Assembly: GCA_030324005.1 (NCBI GenBank) | Contig: JARDVH010000097.1 | Location: 65,922,607 to 65,983,286 of the forward strand | Reading direction: 5' to 3' | Length of the DNA: 60,680 bases | Origin: Negaprion brevirostris | Taxonomy: Eukaryota | Shown here: in pieces, positions 37,748 through 50,664 of the stretch | Position numbering within the stretch: position 1 is the first letter of the stretch | How the letters are laid out: each line of letters starts with the position of its first letter | Translations under genes and position numbers: made by a program | Notes under the pieces: generated by a model | Database searches by the model: none | What the model saw: the letters and a program-made list of their open reading frames with translations, nothing else | Told to the model about the DNA's origin: nothing

Positions 37748-40209
37748 CCTTCCTGCAACATGTTGGAAGAGAAGAAAAGTACCCACAAACAAAGCACCAA
37801 CTGCATTTTCTGGCCCATATTTACCGAGTTGGAGATACGAATCATCTGGACACAGAGGGGACACAGTTTATCAGCCTTGTCTGGTGCAGATTGTGCCAAT
37901 CCCGGAAAATTGTGAGCAGGCCTAAAATGAGTTTTTCACTTGGCTTCAAATGGTTTGCAACTGTCTCTACAACAAGTGGGTGGAGCAGGATGATGTAGTG
38001 AAACACTGTTGACCAAAAGCTCTTGAGCGGAATGTTCCCAAAAAATAATTAGATGTCACGAAGGTGAGAAAACCAAAGCACCATGTGTCCAGTATGAACC
38101 ACACCACAGTCGTCCCAAGCGTAGTCATTTTTTGGGAGACTGGTAAGTTCTGCACCAGTTTTGGGAGGGGCAGGGCCTAAACACACGGTGAGCCCGGCTG
38201 CAAAGCGATTGGGCGCCATTTTGATCTCAGTGTACTGGAAGACTCTCTCCCTTCTCCCACGGACATTCAGACCCCATCTGGTGAATTGGTCAATTATCAC
38301 CAACCAGTAGGTTCTCCCGTGTGACTGAGGAAATGGTCCTGTAAAGTAAATTTTTAGATGTTCCCAGGGGCCCTTAGGGTGAGGCTGGGCCCGATCCTGA
38401 TTTTTACAGGCCTCCCTGGGTTATACTGGGCACAAGTTACACATCGACAAAATATAGTGCAATGTCCTTTCCACCACCACTCCTTTCCTATACTGGTCAT
38501 CATAGCATCCCTTCCCACATGAGCCAGTCCATGACGTAACCGCATCAGGATGTGCTGGATACATTCTGGCGCTAAAACTCTATCATTTAGTCTCCAGACA
38601 CCCTTTTCATCAGGCGTAGCTCCTTGAGCTTTCCACCTTGCATGTTCTTCTTCAGGTGTGTCAGCATAGCTGTGAGAAGTCTATCGGGGGTTCAACTTCA
38701 ACTGAGGCAGCTGACACAGCTTGCAGTTCCCCTGATTCTAAAGCTAATTGTGCCACTTTGTCGGCTGCCTGTTTCCCTTAAAAATATACCATTCAGGGCT
38801 TTGCTTATCTGGTTCTTTTTGGTGTGCCTTTACTTTCAATACCACGGCTTCCAATGGGAGCTCACTGGCATCCAATAAGGCTTCGATTATCTGTCCATGC
38901 TTGACTGGAGTGCCCCCCATTATAACAAATCCCCTTCTTCTCCAAACGGTCATATAGTTATGCACAATTCCAAATATATATCTACTGTCGGTGTAAATGT
39001 TGACCCTTCTCCCTGCTGCCTCTGTAAAAACCTGGGTGAAGGCCACTAGCTCTGCCACTTATGCGGACATACCTCCCTTTATCCTTCTAAATCGGACCAC
39101 GTGTAAGTCCATGTTTACCACCGCCCATCCTGTTCGCGGTGACCCGTCTACATACTTTCGTGACCCATCCACAAACAGGGTCTCCTCCGGTGCCTCCAAG
39201 GGCACAACGTTTATTCTATTTTCCTTTGTCTCCTCATCTACATTGCTGCATGTGTGTGGTTTCCCTTCACCTAACATTCCTTTGACGGGGTTCTCTCTCA
39301 TATCTCATACGATGGTGATGGACTTAGAAGGGAGGAAGAAGTACTGTCTCCCATTTTGTCCTTCTCATATTTGAGACAGACCATAATTTTCCTGTGTTTA
39401 ATATTTCCATCAAGGTATGTTTGGTGTGCAAGATTATATTTCCCGTCATTACAATGGGTTCGCTGACTTTTACTGCCCATGTTGCACAATCCAGTGTGGC
39501 TTTACATCTGGGAAACCCGGTTACTAAGAGATCATCCGCCATGGAATAATAACCCACCGGCCGCTGTTTGTCGCCATGGGTTTGGGTTACTACTGCTGAA
39601 TAGAATCCTCTTTCATTGTTACAATAGATATGAAAACCTTTACTAGCACCTGGTAACCCAAGTCCTGGGGCCAACATTAATCCTACCTTTAGGTTACTAT
39701 ATACCTCTTCCTGTTCTGATCCCCACTCCACAGCTTCTAAAGCAGGTTTCCCCCCTTTTAACAGCCTTTGGATTGGCTCAATTAATTTGGCACATTCTGG
39801 TATGAAGTTGCGGCTGTAATTAAGCAATCCCGAAACCTTCCTCACTCCTCGGACAGTTACTGGCCTTGGCATTTGTTGCATCGCCATTTTCCTGTCTACA
39901 GGCATTTCCTTGGTCCCTTTGGATATTAAATGTCCCAAATATAATACCAGTAGTTTTCCTATTTGGGCCTTCTTTAGGTTTGCTTTAGTCCTCAATCTTC
40001 CAAGTGCTTCAAGACCGAGGATAGTGCCATCTGATGTTCTGCATTAGTTCCAGAGACTATCAAGATGTCATCTACATACTGTAAAGTTGTGCCCCCCTCC
40101 AGGAGCTCCACTTGTTCCAGTATCTTACTCATTACCCAGTGAAATATGGCCGGGCTATGATGGAATCCCTAAGGAAGCTAAGTCCATGTATACTGCTTAT
40201 TACCTATAG
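37748..40209 (-). pseudogene. Endogenous retrovirus pol fragment (RT, tether, RNase H, integrase N-terminus) plus 3' sequence; class I / epsilon-like
   Basis: KQYTWT*LP*GFHHSPAIF; LQYVDDIL (YVDD at 40067-40078); YLGHLIS; HGDKQRPVGYYS; RNase H LFVDGS..AELVA..NIYTDSRY..KVKAH; integrase HGLAH..CVTCAQYN..VIIDQFTRW. Multiple stops and frameshifts; no gag or LTR seen. Confidence 0.92.
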
Positions 40210-40215
40210 ACTTAT

Positions 40216-40284
40216 TGCCTCACAAAAGGTTGCTTCAGAAGGTTAGGGTGCATGGAGTTGGGGGTAAGGTGTAAGCATGGATCG
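40216..40284 (+). mobile_element. CR1 RT fragment
   Basis: PHKRLLQKVRVHGVGGKV*AWIEDWL. Runs into a gap. Confidence 0.8.
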
Positions 40285-41227
40285 AGGATTGGCTGTCTCA
40301 TAGGNNNNNNNNNNNNNNNNNNNNNNNNNNNNNNNNNNNNNNNNNNNNNNNNNNNNNNNNNNNNNNNNNNNNNNNNNNNNNNNNNNNNNNNNNNNNNNNN
40401 NNNNTAACATTATCCTTTTGCACAATCATTTTTGCTGAATATATGGCATTTTAAATTAGTATGCACCCAGTAAATATGATCATATAACATTTACTAGCAT
40501 ATTTAAATCTATCTGTGGATCACAAGGCATTCAATAATTTATATTGTGACTGTTCGTGTAGCACATTTTCAATAACTTGTATCTGTCAAATGTGGATCAG
40601 TCCAAACGGGCACAATGTGACCTTTCATTGCTCACTGAATTACCAACTTGAGATGCATTACAGCTTTCCGACTAAGATTGTTATGGCATATGACAAAGCA
40701 TACTGTCAGTCTACAAGAAGCCTACGTGAAGACTTGTAACAGACTGAGCATTTTTCCACAACTGTCTCTGTAGTCATGTCATGTACAGATGTCAGCAGCT
40801 TATTTTGGAATCATGTTCGCCCTGCTGGGAACAAATAGGTCACAGTGCAATTACTTGTGATTAATCCCTTGGCCAAATGGTCATGCAGGGGAAAAAAATC
40901 AGATAAATTGAAATGTAAAAACATCTTAAATACATTTGGTTGATAGAATCTTTTGCAGATTTATTTTAAAAAGTAAAACTGCCCATTTGTACACTTTAAA
41001 CAATGCACTGTATAATTTTATAATTTATGATTTTAAGCAGCAGCAACTTGCTAATATTTAGAAATTTAATATTGTAAACTGTCCCGAAGCATTTCACAGG
41101 GGCAATAACAAACAGAGTTTTTAAGGAATGTTTGAGAGGTGGAGTTAGAGTTGGAAATAGAGGACAAAAGAATTAGGAAAAGAATTTTTGAGTTTTAGGA
41201 CAAGCCAAATGAAGATCCAAATGCCTT

Positions 41228-41720
41228 CATGGATTTTAGTAAGGCATTTGATAAGGTTCCCCATAGTTGACTCAGAAAGTAAGGAGGTGTGGGATAGAAG
41301 GAAATTTGACCGATTTGATAAGTAACTAGCTAACTCATAGAAGACAGAGGGTGGTGGTGGAGGGAAAATTTTCAGACTAGAGGCCAGTTACCAGCGGTGT
41401 ACTACAGGGGTCAGTGCTGGGTCCTCTGCTATTTGTGATTTTTATCAATGACTTGGAAGAAGGGGCTGAAGGATGGGTTAAATTTGNNNNNNNNNNNNNN
41501 NNNNNNNNNNNNNNNNNNNNNNNNNNNNNNNNNNNNNNNNNNNNNNNNNNNNNNNNNNNNNNNNNNNNNNNNNNNNNNNNNNNNNNTTGGATAGGCACAT
41601 GGAGCACACCAGAATGATAGCGAGTGGGATAGCTTGATCTTGGGTTCGCACGTAGCTCAGCGCAACATCGAGGGCCAAAGGGCCTGTACTGTGTTGTACT
41701 ATTCTATGTTCTATGTTCTA
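41228..41720 (+). mobile_element. CR1 LINE fragment with 3' tail (gap inside)
   Basis: [31 protein letters not shown]; tail ttctatgttctatgttcta. Confidence 0.9.
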
Positions 41721-41964
41721 ACTGCCAATACAGAAACAATAAAAAAAAAGTATTTCAGCATTATGCATGGACTCCATTCCTTCTACAACTAAGCATTGGA
41801 GGCTTGACTTCTTTTCTGCTGCAAAAGAACTTGCATTTATATCGCAATTCATCACATCTTCAGGATGTCCTAAATTAATTTATTTGAAGTGTATAGTGTA
41901 GGCAAAATCAACAGCCAAAATCCCAAACAGGAAACTAGATAATTGGCCTCTTAGTCTTAGTTCT

Positions 41965-42365
41965 TCTTGTTCTAGTCTTGGCCACAGAAGGAAATGTCCT
42001 CCTGGTATCCACCCTATTAATTCCCCTCAGGACGTCATATGTTTGATTGAGGTCATCTCTCATTCTTCTAAACTCCAATTGGTGTAGCCCCAACCTGTGC
42101 AACGTTCCTTCATAAGATAAGCACTTCATCCCAGAAATGAGTCAAGTAAATCTTCTCTGAATTGGTTCTAATGCTCCTGTATCCTTTTTTGAATAAGAAG
42201 AACCAAACTGTACACTGGACCCCAGATGTGGTCTCTCCAAGGCCGTATACAGTTGCAGTACAACTTCCCTACTTTTATATTCCATTCCCCTTGCAGTAAG
42301 CACCAACATTTAATTTGCCTTCCTAAACACTCATTGCACCTGAATATTAACTTCAGTGATTCAAG
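41965..42365 (-). mobile_element. CR1 ORF2 fragment
   Basis: Minus strand LSYEG.L.RLGL..LEFRRMRDDL.QTY..LRGI. Confidence 0.8.
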
Positions 42366-42499
42366 TACTATGTGATTCATTATTTGAGTAAATAAAAATT
42401 ATACACCACCTTCCTCAGACTCAAATTTCACAGTTACCATTTAAGAATTTTGTATTTATACATTATTAGGGCAAGTGATTTTTCACATGGCATTACAAC

Positions 42500-42630
42500 C
42501 TGATGAAGTGCCATTCAGAACTGAGATGTTCGTTTTGTTCTTTCTCCACAGATGCTGTCACACCTGATAAGATTTTCCAACATTTTCTGTTTTTGTTTCA
42601 AATTCCAGCACCCGCAGTAATTTGCTTTGA
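42500..42630 (+). mobile_element. Penelope-like terminal repeat fragment
   Basis: cctgatgaag..ctccacagatgctgtcacacctg..ccagcacccgcagtaatttgc. Confidence 0.6.
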
Positions 42631-42789
42631 ATTTGTATTACACCTACCCAGTAATGCAGCTTGCACCCCTAATATAGCATATTTGTATAAAAAGCAAAAA
42701 TGCCAGTGGCTGTGTAGATTTGATTGCCTTCAATTTGTGCGACAACAAATATTTTGTCCTGCTAATGGCCATTAATGGCATTCATCTCT

Positions 42790-43260
42790 TCACAAGAGCG
42801 TGATGAAGGCATGGTCTTTCAATATTTTTAAGGCCGAGGTAGCTAGGTTCTTGATGCACAAGGGAGTCAAAGGTTATCGGGGGTNNNNNNNNNNNNNNNN
42901 NNNNNNNNNNNNNNNNNNNNNNNNNNNNNNNNNNNNNNNNNNNNNNNNNNNNNNNNNNNNNNNNNNNNNNNNNNNNNNNNNNNNNNNNNNNNNNNNNNNN
43001 NNNNNNNNNNNNNNNNNNNNNNNNNNNNNNNNNNNNNNNNNNNNNNNNNNNNNNNNNNNNNNNAAAGGCCCTGACCTGCCCACCTAATCCCATTTGTCAA
43101 CACTAGGCCCATAGCCTTGAATGTTATGGTGTGTCAAGGACTCATGCAGGTACTTTTTAAAGGATGTGAGGCATCTTGCTTCCACCATCCTCTCAGACAG
43201 CACATTCCAGACCATCTCCACTCTCTGGATAAAATAAGTTTTTCCTCAACTTCCCTTTGA
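42790..43260. mobile_element. Two CR1 3' fragments on opposite strands either side of a gap
   Basis: Plus strand IFKAEVARFL..KGVKGY before the gap; antisense CR1 3' UTR after it. Confidence 0.7.
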
Positions 43261-44802
43261 AGGCACAAACAGCCAATTCAACCAACAGCATCAAAATTCA
43301 TAGTTGTTGAACACTTTCTTGTTGTTGTTTTATCTCTGTTTATTTTGTGCTTATATAAATATAAGCTAATCCCTAGTGAAAAATTGCAATGAAAATTACA
43401 GCGGCAGCCAGAGGTGCCATGTTCAGCCAAGCGACTAATCAAATCTGATCTGTTGACTGAATGACTGCAAAATATCAAATTAAATCCAGGTCTGGAATAT
43501 TAAGTGATTCTTCCTGCACATTTGTCAACCATGTGATCATTCTTCAAAACTCGTCTATCTATGTAATAACGTCCCAAAAATCTGCAGCCATTCCAGATGG
43601 ACCTCACTGAAGGTTCATTGGACGGGCTGGGAACTAAGCTATAATCTTGTTCTGCTGGCTCCCAGTATATCTGTTTTGTTTGGTAGATACAGCTGCTGGT
43701 TGAACAAGACCTCTAAAGACCCACCCAGGATATATTTCTTTTAACTTTAAACAATTCTGTAAGCAATAGAAACAGAAAATGCTGGAAAAACTCAGCAGGT
43801 TTGCCAGCAGCTGTGGGGAGAGAGTGAGAGTGAATTCAGCATTAGTTTTTCCAGGATATATTTCAGATTTCCAGCACCAGGTTTTATTTCCATTTGTATG
43901 GATTCATAGGAACAGGAGTAGGCCAATCAGCCTGTTGAGTGGGAGACTTTCCTAGAATGTTAAAGGAATGCAAATTCCAATTTTGGTTACAGCTTTTTAT
44001 GACAGGCAAGAGGTTTTTGCAGAAAGTAAGTGGGAGAAGCAGACAGGTTACATAGATCTGGAGAGAGAGAGAGCGAAAGCTGAGAGAAAAAGATTCTTCA
44101 AAAGGCAGAATGAGAAGAAAAAGGAGGTGGAGACAATCCTAGCAGTTCAGAGAGGATGATAGAAGTGCTTGAGATGCATTGGTAAGGAAAGAGTNNNNNN
44201 NNNNTTAATCAAACTGCCCTGAAATCTACTAATAGTGATTTCTCTTTCTACTGCAGTAATAGTCGCCTTTGGCTTTTGTTTTTGCTAAGGGCGGGTGGGC
44301 AGTATAGGTCAAATTATGTACAGTGATCACTGAACTGTTGAATTAAACCTGACAATATAGTGGTCAGTTTGGATAATAAACCACATTAAAAGGCAAGGCG
44401 CGCATAATGCAGAGGACTTAAATTAGCTGATAAATTCAAGAGAGAGATAAACACTTGCAACTACATCCTGCTTTTCGGAAGCAGGAGATTAATATGGAAT
44501 GGCACAGATTTATAATTAGAATTTTCATTAGGCTGAGCAGCAACAGGACTGAAACCATTGAAAAGGTGCCAAAGTTGTATTGGTTTACAGAAACATAACT
44601 TATCAAAACTGAAGTCATTGATAAGGGCCAAGGGGAGAAGCACATTAAAATTCACCTTAAATTGAGTTGTGTTAGATAATGCAGTGTTTGGATTGCCAAT
44701 GTAGAGCACCTTTGGTCTCTGATACTTTACAACTGAAGCTCAACAGAAACTTGAGGAATGCCATCTATTCTTTTAATTGGGGACTTTACAATCTTTCAGA
44801 CT

Positions 44803-45113
44803 TATTGAATCCTATAGTGCAGAAGGAGGCCATTTGGCCCGTCAAGTCTACACTGACCGGAATCCCACTCAGGCCCTATCCCTATAACCCCATGCATTCA
44901 CCCTAGCTAGTCCCTCTGACACTAAGGGACAATTTAGCACGGCCAATCCACCTAACCTGTACATCTTTGGACTGTGGGAGGAAACCGAAGCACCTGGAGG
45001 AAACCCATGCAGACATGGAGAGAAAGTGCAAATTCCACAGTGAGCCAAGTTGGGAATCAGATCCCTGGCATTGTGAGGCAGCAATGCTAACCACCGTGTC
45101 ACCATGTTGCCCC
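44803..45113 (-). mobile_element. HE1-type SINE
   Basis: Reverse complement of the 26128 element. Confidence 0.9.
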
Positions 45114-45393
45114 AACATTCAACACTGAGTTCAACAATATCAGATTAAGTTCACTGCTCCCACTTATTCAAACAGAAGCTGGAGTCTGTTGTTACTATTT
45201 ACACCTCCTCTGGACCCTTTCTTTACTTGTCATATTACCATCTCCTTATCCCTTTTTTTCATTTAATCTCTCCAGCTTTCCATTCTATTGCATCCTATCA
45301 CCTATTTGTTTTACCCTCCACTTTCCCAGCTCCTTTCAAGCCAGTCACATCCCTATTCCCATTCTGATGAAAAGTCATCAATCTGAAACATTC

Positions 45394-46090
45394 GGTGCAA
45401 TTTTCCCAAAGTTGCAGGGAGTGCTGGGTCAGATGAGAAAGGCCCTGTGAAACTCATTGGTTTAACAGCCACCTTTTTATGCCCAATTTAACAGCACTTT
45501 GTGCAATCTCAGACTGTTGGTGAGGATTATGCAGCCAGCTGGGGGAGGGGTGAAGCCAGGATTCAATCTCAATTTTCATTTAAGGCACACCCCCCCCACC
45601 CCCCCGCCATGGAGATCAGAACTCTCCGCAGAGATTGAGATCCTGCTGTTGGCATCGTGGCTCCCCAACACCCACTCATCCTCTCCCCCATCATAGGCAT
45701 CAGGGATCTCTGCTCTTCCCCTCCCTCAACACACATAAGGTGGTTCCCCCCTAGTAAAGGGGGGATACCGCACCCCCCACCAGAATCCCCTTAGCACTAT
45801 CCCCTTCCGTGCCCCACTCTGGGGACAAGGGGCACTGTCAAGGTGGGGAGGACCCACCATGGTCATATGTTACAAGAGAAAGCTGATATTAAACTTTATT
45901 TAAATCTGTGAAAATCAGTTTCAGCCCTCACTGGGTATGAACACGATCATGTCACTGGCACGGGGGCGGGTGGTGGGAAAATCTCAAACCGAAATCTTGC
46001 TGGGGCAAATCCTGTTTTAGGCTGCTCCCGAGATTTAGCAGCCATTACGGGATTTATGTCCACGCTAACAGGGCCACGGGACCATGCCCA
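45394..46090. mobile_element. Harbinger-type MITE inserted into a Penelope repeat
   Basis: Termini ggtgcaattttccc ... gggaccatgccc. The flanks rejoin as the Penelope unit (gaaacatt|aac..ctctcca) with an att/atc near-duplication. Confidence 0.55.
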
Positions 46091-46498
46091 TCAACATTGT
46101 TTCACTCTCCATTCATACTGCCCAACCTGTTGGGCATTTCCACAATTTCCTGTTTCCATTTCATCCACAAAATGGATGTTGGAGCAGACAATTCAGATCT
46201 GAACATTTGCAGCCTCTAAGCTCTGAAGTGTAACGGGTTAGAGTACTTCAGCTAAATTCCCAAGGCGTTTGTCCTAAGTACTGCAGGTAAGTGTATGTTT
46301 AATTTCTGTACCCTTAATAGATCTGACATCTGACATTCAATGTTGCAAATTCAATTGATTTGAGGAGTAAACTGATGAGAATGAAGGCCATTCACCTCCT
46401 GTGTACCGGTGATGGGGCAGGCGCTACGAGTGCAGACTCTGACCCTAAAGTATGCTTCCAAGAATACTATTTCCACTGGCTGCAAATGGAGGTGCATG

Positions 46499-46816
46499 CA
46501 TAGATACTCCACAGTACAGAAAGAGGCCATTCGGCCCATCGAGTCTGCACCAACCATAATCCCACCCCCATATCCTTACATATTTAACCCACTAATCCCT
46601 CTAACCTACACATCTCAGGACATTTAAGGGGCAATTTTTAGCANNNNNNNNNNNNNNNNNNNNNNNNNNNNNNNNNNNNNNNNNNNNNNNNNNNNNNNNN
46701 NNNNNNNNGAGAAGAATGTGCAAACTCCGCACAGGCAGTGACCCAAGTTGGGAATCGAACCCAGGTCCCTGGAGCTGTGAAGCAGCAATGCTAACCACTG
46801 TGCTACCATGCCACCC
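46499..46816 (-). mobile_element. HE1-type SINE (gap inside)
   Basis: Antisense head gctaaccactgtgctaccatgccaccc and antisense tail. Confidence 0.85.
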
Positions 46817-47954
46817 ATGTTGTGGGAATTAGCAATACAAGAAAAAAATGGATATTCTCGTAAAACTTCCTCGATCCTATTTTTCTAAAGATGAATTTGA
46901 CCTCAACAATTCCCAAAGGTCAAAAAATGTTTATATTGCTCAGCTCACTCCAACGATTCAATTAGAATTAAAAAGTGAATTGGGAATAGAACATGAACAA
47001 AGGATGTGTCATCTGAATCTTTTTATTTGATTACTTTCAGAATGTGTGGTTTGTCTATTGGGGATATTTTTGAGGTTATTAAAGTATAAATTATGTAAAT
47101 TTGTCACTTTTCTTTGAACCACTAACCAATCAATTGGCATGCAGAGATTTTTGCACTGTGGTGCTTGTTGAAATCTGAACTCACAAGGTCACAAAGAAGC
47201 ATTATCAACACTAACTATTTCTAGATTTTAAGGTGAAAAACTACAGAATACATATCTCTATCTTAAGAGGTGAAATTAACAGGATCATGATTTCCCTTCA
47301 GACTGCCGATAACTCATTCACAGTCTCATATTTCTTCTGGGTAACATGGGTCACCTGATAAATGGAAACTTGAGTCACAACTATTTTTTAATTCTTTCTC
47401 CTCGAAGGTAAGATGGAGACTTCTAATGATGTAAAAATAAGAAGGGATTTTTTTCCTAAGGATGTGGGCATGCAAGGCCACATTTATTACTGATCACCAA
47501 TAACTCTGAGAAGGAAACTATTGGTTTTCTGTTTGTGGTCATTTGTACTCCTACAATGGATTAGTGCTAATAATTGTTTAAGTAAAACTGCAACAACATC
47601 TGTGGACCCATTAAATATCCCTATTAAATTGCTGAGGCTCTCCATGATTAACAGGATAATAACTAACATCCCGAAACATTATTCACACTAATAAAAAATG
47701 ACATGAAAACAATTGACCGATTAATTAGAGAACAATTTACTTTCACTGGTGAGCTATTTTTATAGACACTGGTGACGAGAAAAACACAATTATTGATTTG
47801 GTATACATGGAATTATTGACTTGTCTATGCAGTAGACCTATTGTTAATTAGCAACTACCAAAGCAAATGTCATCAAGGTTACAAGAAAATTTAATGTGAC
47901 TTATGAGAAGCATGTATTGGCTGCAAGTTTGAGGTTTTACTTCTTTGCATTCTT

Positions 47955-49985
47955 ACTTCCCTCCAAGAGATGTGAGCATCGCCATAAGGCCAGCATTATT
48001 TGTCTATCCATGAGAAGATGGTGGTGTGCTGCCTTCTTGAACCGCTGCTGTCCATCTGGTGTTGGTACACCCAGAGGGCTGATAGGAGGAGGGTCCCAGG
48101 ATTTAGGCCCAATAACAGTGAAGGAAAGGTGTTCTAGTTCCAAGTCAGGACGGAATTGAAGGGGAACTTGCAGGTGTTGATGTTCCTATCCATCTGCTGC
48201 CTTTGTCCAAGATGGTAGAGGTTGTGGGTTTCGGAATTGCTGTTGAAAACACCTTGGTGAGTTTGTGCAGTGCATTTTGTAGATGACACAAACTGCTGCT
48301 ACTGTGCATCGGTGGTGGAGGGAGTCAACAGTCAAGCTGGTATATGGGATGGTGATCAACTGGACTGCTTTCTCCTGGGCTTTGTGAAGTATCCTAAGTG
48401 CTTTTGGAGTTGTACGTTCCAGGCAACTGGAGAGTATCCCACCACACTTCTGACATTTGGATAGATTTTGGGAATAAGGAGTTGAGTTACCTGCTGCAGA
48501 ATTCCGACCTCTCACCTGCTCATGCAGTCACAATGGGCGGAATTTTCTCTTTATTTACACAATGACAATACGGTGGAAGAAGTGCTGTGTAGCCCGCCAG
48601 CTGCACTGTCGGCATTTCCTGCCACATTTTTGAATACTTTGAAAACAATGGAAAGAAAAGCCTCCATCACGCCCACCACCTTGGAATCCCCACCGCCACC
48701 ACGGAATCCCATGGACCCCCCCCCGACACCCACCGACATGGAACCTCCTGCACCTCTCTCATGGATTCCTGACATTCGCAGTGCCAGGGTACTGCCAAGG
48801 CATGACCCCCCACCCCACCGGGGCTGCACTTCCTTGTGTGCCTCTGGCAGGTTCTGTTCATCAGTCACCCATTCTTAAAAACATGTTGTAAACCCCCCTG
48901 GTGGGCCATCTTACCACCGAGGGGGTGGGGGACTTTCAGAGATGTTACAGCAGGGAGGCCTGCCAATTAGCTTTAAATGCATTATAGTGGTGGGAACCCT
49001 GTTACATCACTGGTGGGGGGTGGGGCGGGGGGGGGGGGGGACGTGGCNNNNNNNNNNNNNNNNNNNNNNNNNNNNNNNNNNNNNNNNNNNNNNNNNNNNN
49101 NNNNNNNNNNNNNNNNNNNNNNNNNNNNNNNNNNNNNNNNNNNNNNNGGGGGGGGGGGGGGGGGGGGGGGGGGGGACGTGGCGGGGACAATCTAACGGGG
49201 AAATACCACTAGCGTGAAGACCATTTTGGAACACCCCCTCTGCTATTCCCTGCCGCTAAAAGGAGGTTGGAAAATCCCTCAGTTTTTACATGGATGATCC
49301 AGTTAATCTTCAGTTCAATGGTAAGCCCCAGGTTATTGATGATGTGAGACAATTAGATTCTCTCTTGTTGGCGATAGTCATGGTTTGGCACATGTGTGAT
49401 GAGAATGTTACTGACCATCTGGCAGCATAAGCCTGAGTGTTATCAGGTCTTGCTGCAAGTGAACACAGACTGCTTCGGTATCTGAAGAGTTGAATATGGC
49501 ACCGAACACTGTGATAATCAGCAAACACCCTACTTCTGATCTTGCATTAAATTACTGCAGTGACATGTGGGGCTTGAGATGATTAACCTCCAAAAACTAT
49601 AACAATCTTCCTTTGACAACAGTCCATAAATATTACTGCCCCACCAGCTCCAATTCCTACTGACTTCAACAAACAAAAACTGCAGATGTTGGAAATCTGA
49701 AATAAAAAGTCCTAATTGATGCATCCTTCAGGATTCGGCCAGTTTGTTACTTTGCCCTGTGATATTGGATACAATTTCCACTGTTTAGCATTCATGTCGT
49801 CCCATGGTGTAACTTCACCAGGTGAAGATCACTCAGTTTTACCTGTCCCTGGTGCTGATCCTGGCATGCTTTCTTGCACTCCTCATTGAACCAGGGTTGA
49901 TCCCTTCATTTGATGGTAATGGTAGGGTGAGAGATTTGCTACCCCATGAGGCTACAGATTGGGTTTAAGTACAATTTTGCTTCTG
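47955..49985 (-). mobile_element. Family-B CR1/L2-group LINE split by a MITE
   Basis: SLHHRCTVAAVCVIYKMHC and FKKAAHHHLL; MFAD motif near 49520. The sequence is contiguous when 48535-49280 is removed. Confidence 0.75.
48535..49280. mobile_element. Harbinger-type MITE
   Basis: TIRs gggcggaattttc ... gaaaatccctc; 3-bp near-TSD aat/agt; GC-rich body. Confidence 0.6.
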
Positions 49986-50664
49986 CAAAGAGGGTTAGTA
50001 AAGAAGATTTAGCTGGGCCAACTGGACTGAATATGCCATTGTCACATTCAATACTTTGGTTGATNNNNNGTGGTACTTCTTGTTTTACTCCCTTTTGATT
50101 TTTTTGCAGTGCTTTGCATAGCCAACCAGCTGGCTAGGGCAGATAAGAATTGATCACATGTCTCCAGAGAACGAGTAAATCCAGATTTCATGGGGTCTAC
50201 TTTTAAAGGAATAGTGTCTACAGAACATTAAGTATTGATGAAGGCTTTGTAGTCAATGTCAGGCAGTATCCTAAAGCTCAATGCTGAGTTGAAGGATCTC
50301 TAAGATGGGTGCACAAGAAATTGTGTTTGTACTTTGAAGTCCACTTTGGATTAAGCAGAAACTTCTGTGTCAAAGACCCCAGAGGCAATCTATATTTCTT
50401 CCATCGCTGGTCAAACTCATGAAAACTGTGGAAATCCATATATCACGATGGAGAAGATTGTCTCTCACGACCTCCAAAATACTGTGAAAGGCTCCATGGT
50501 GGCAATTACACAGCTTCACTAGTTCATTGGAACCACAAGATCTGTTTGGTAATTGCTGTACCTTCTGGGTGGTAACATTTACAACCATTGTCCTTTTGCA
50601 CTAAGTGTCAAAGCTGGATGATGCACCTATTTTAAAGTGGAAATGAAACAACAACCTCATTTAT

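Noticed and set aside
46280-46295. Strong splice donor CAG|GTAAGT
   Set aside because: No matching acceptor or coding frame that I could support.
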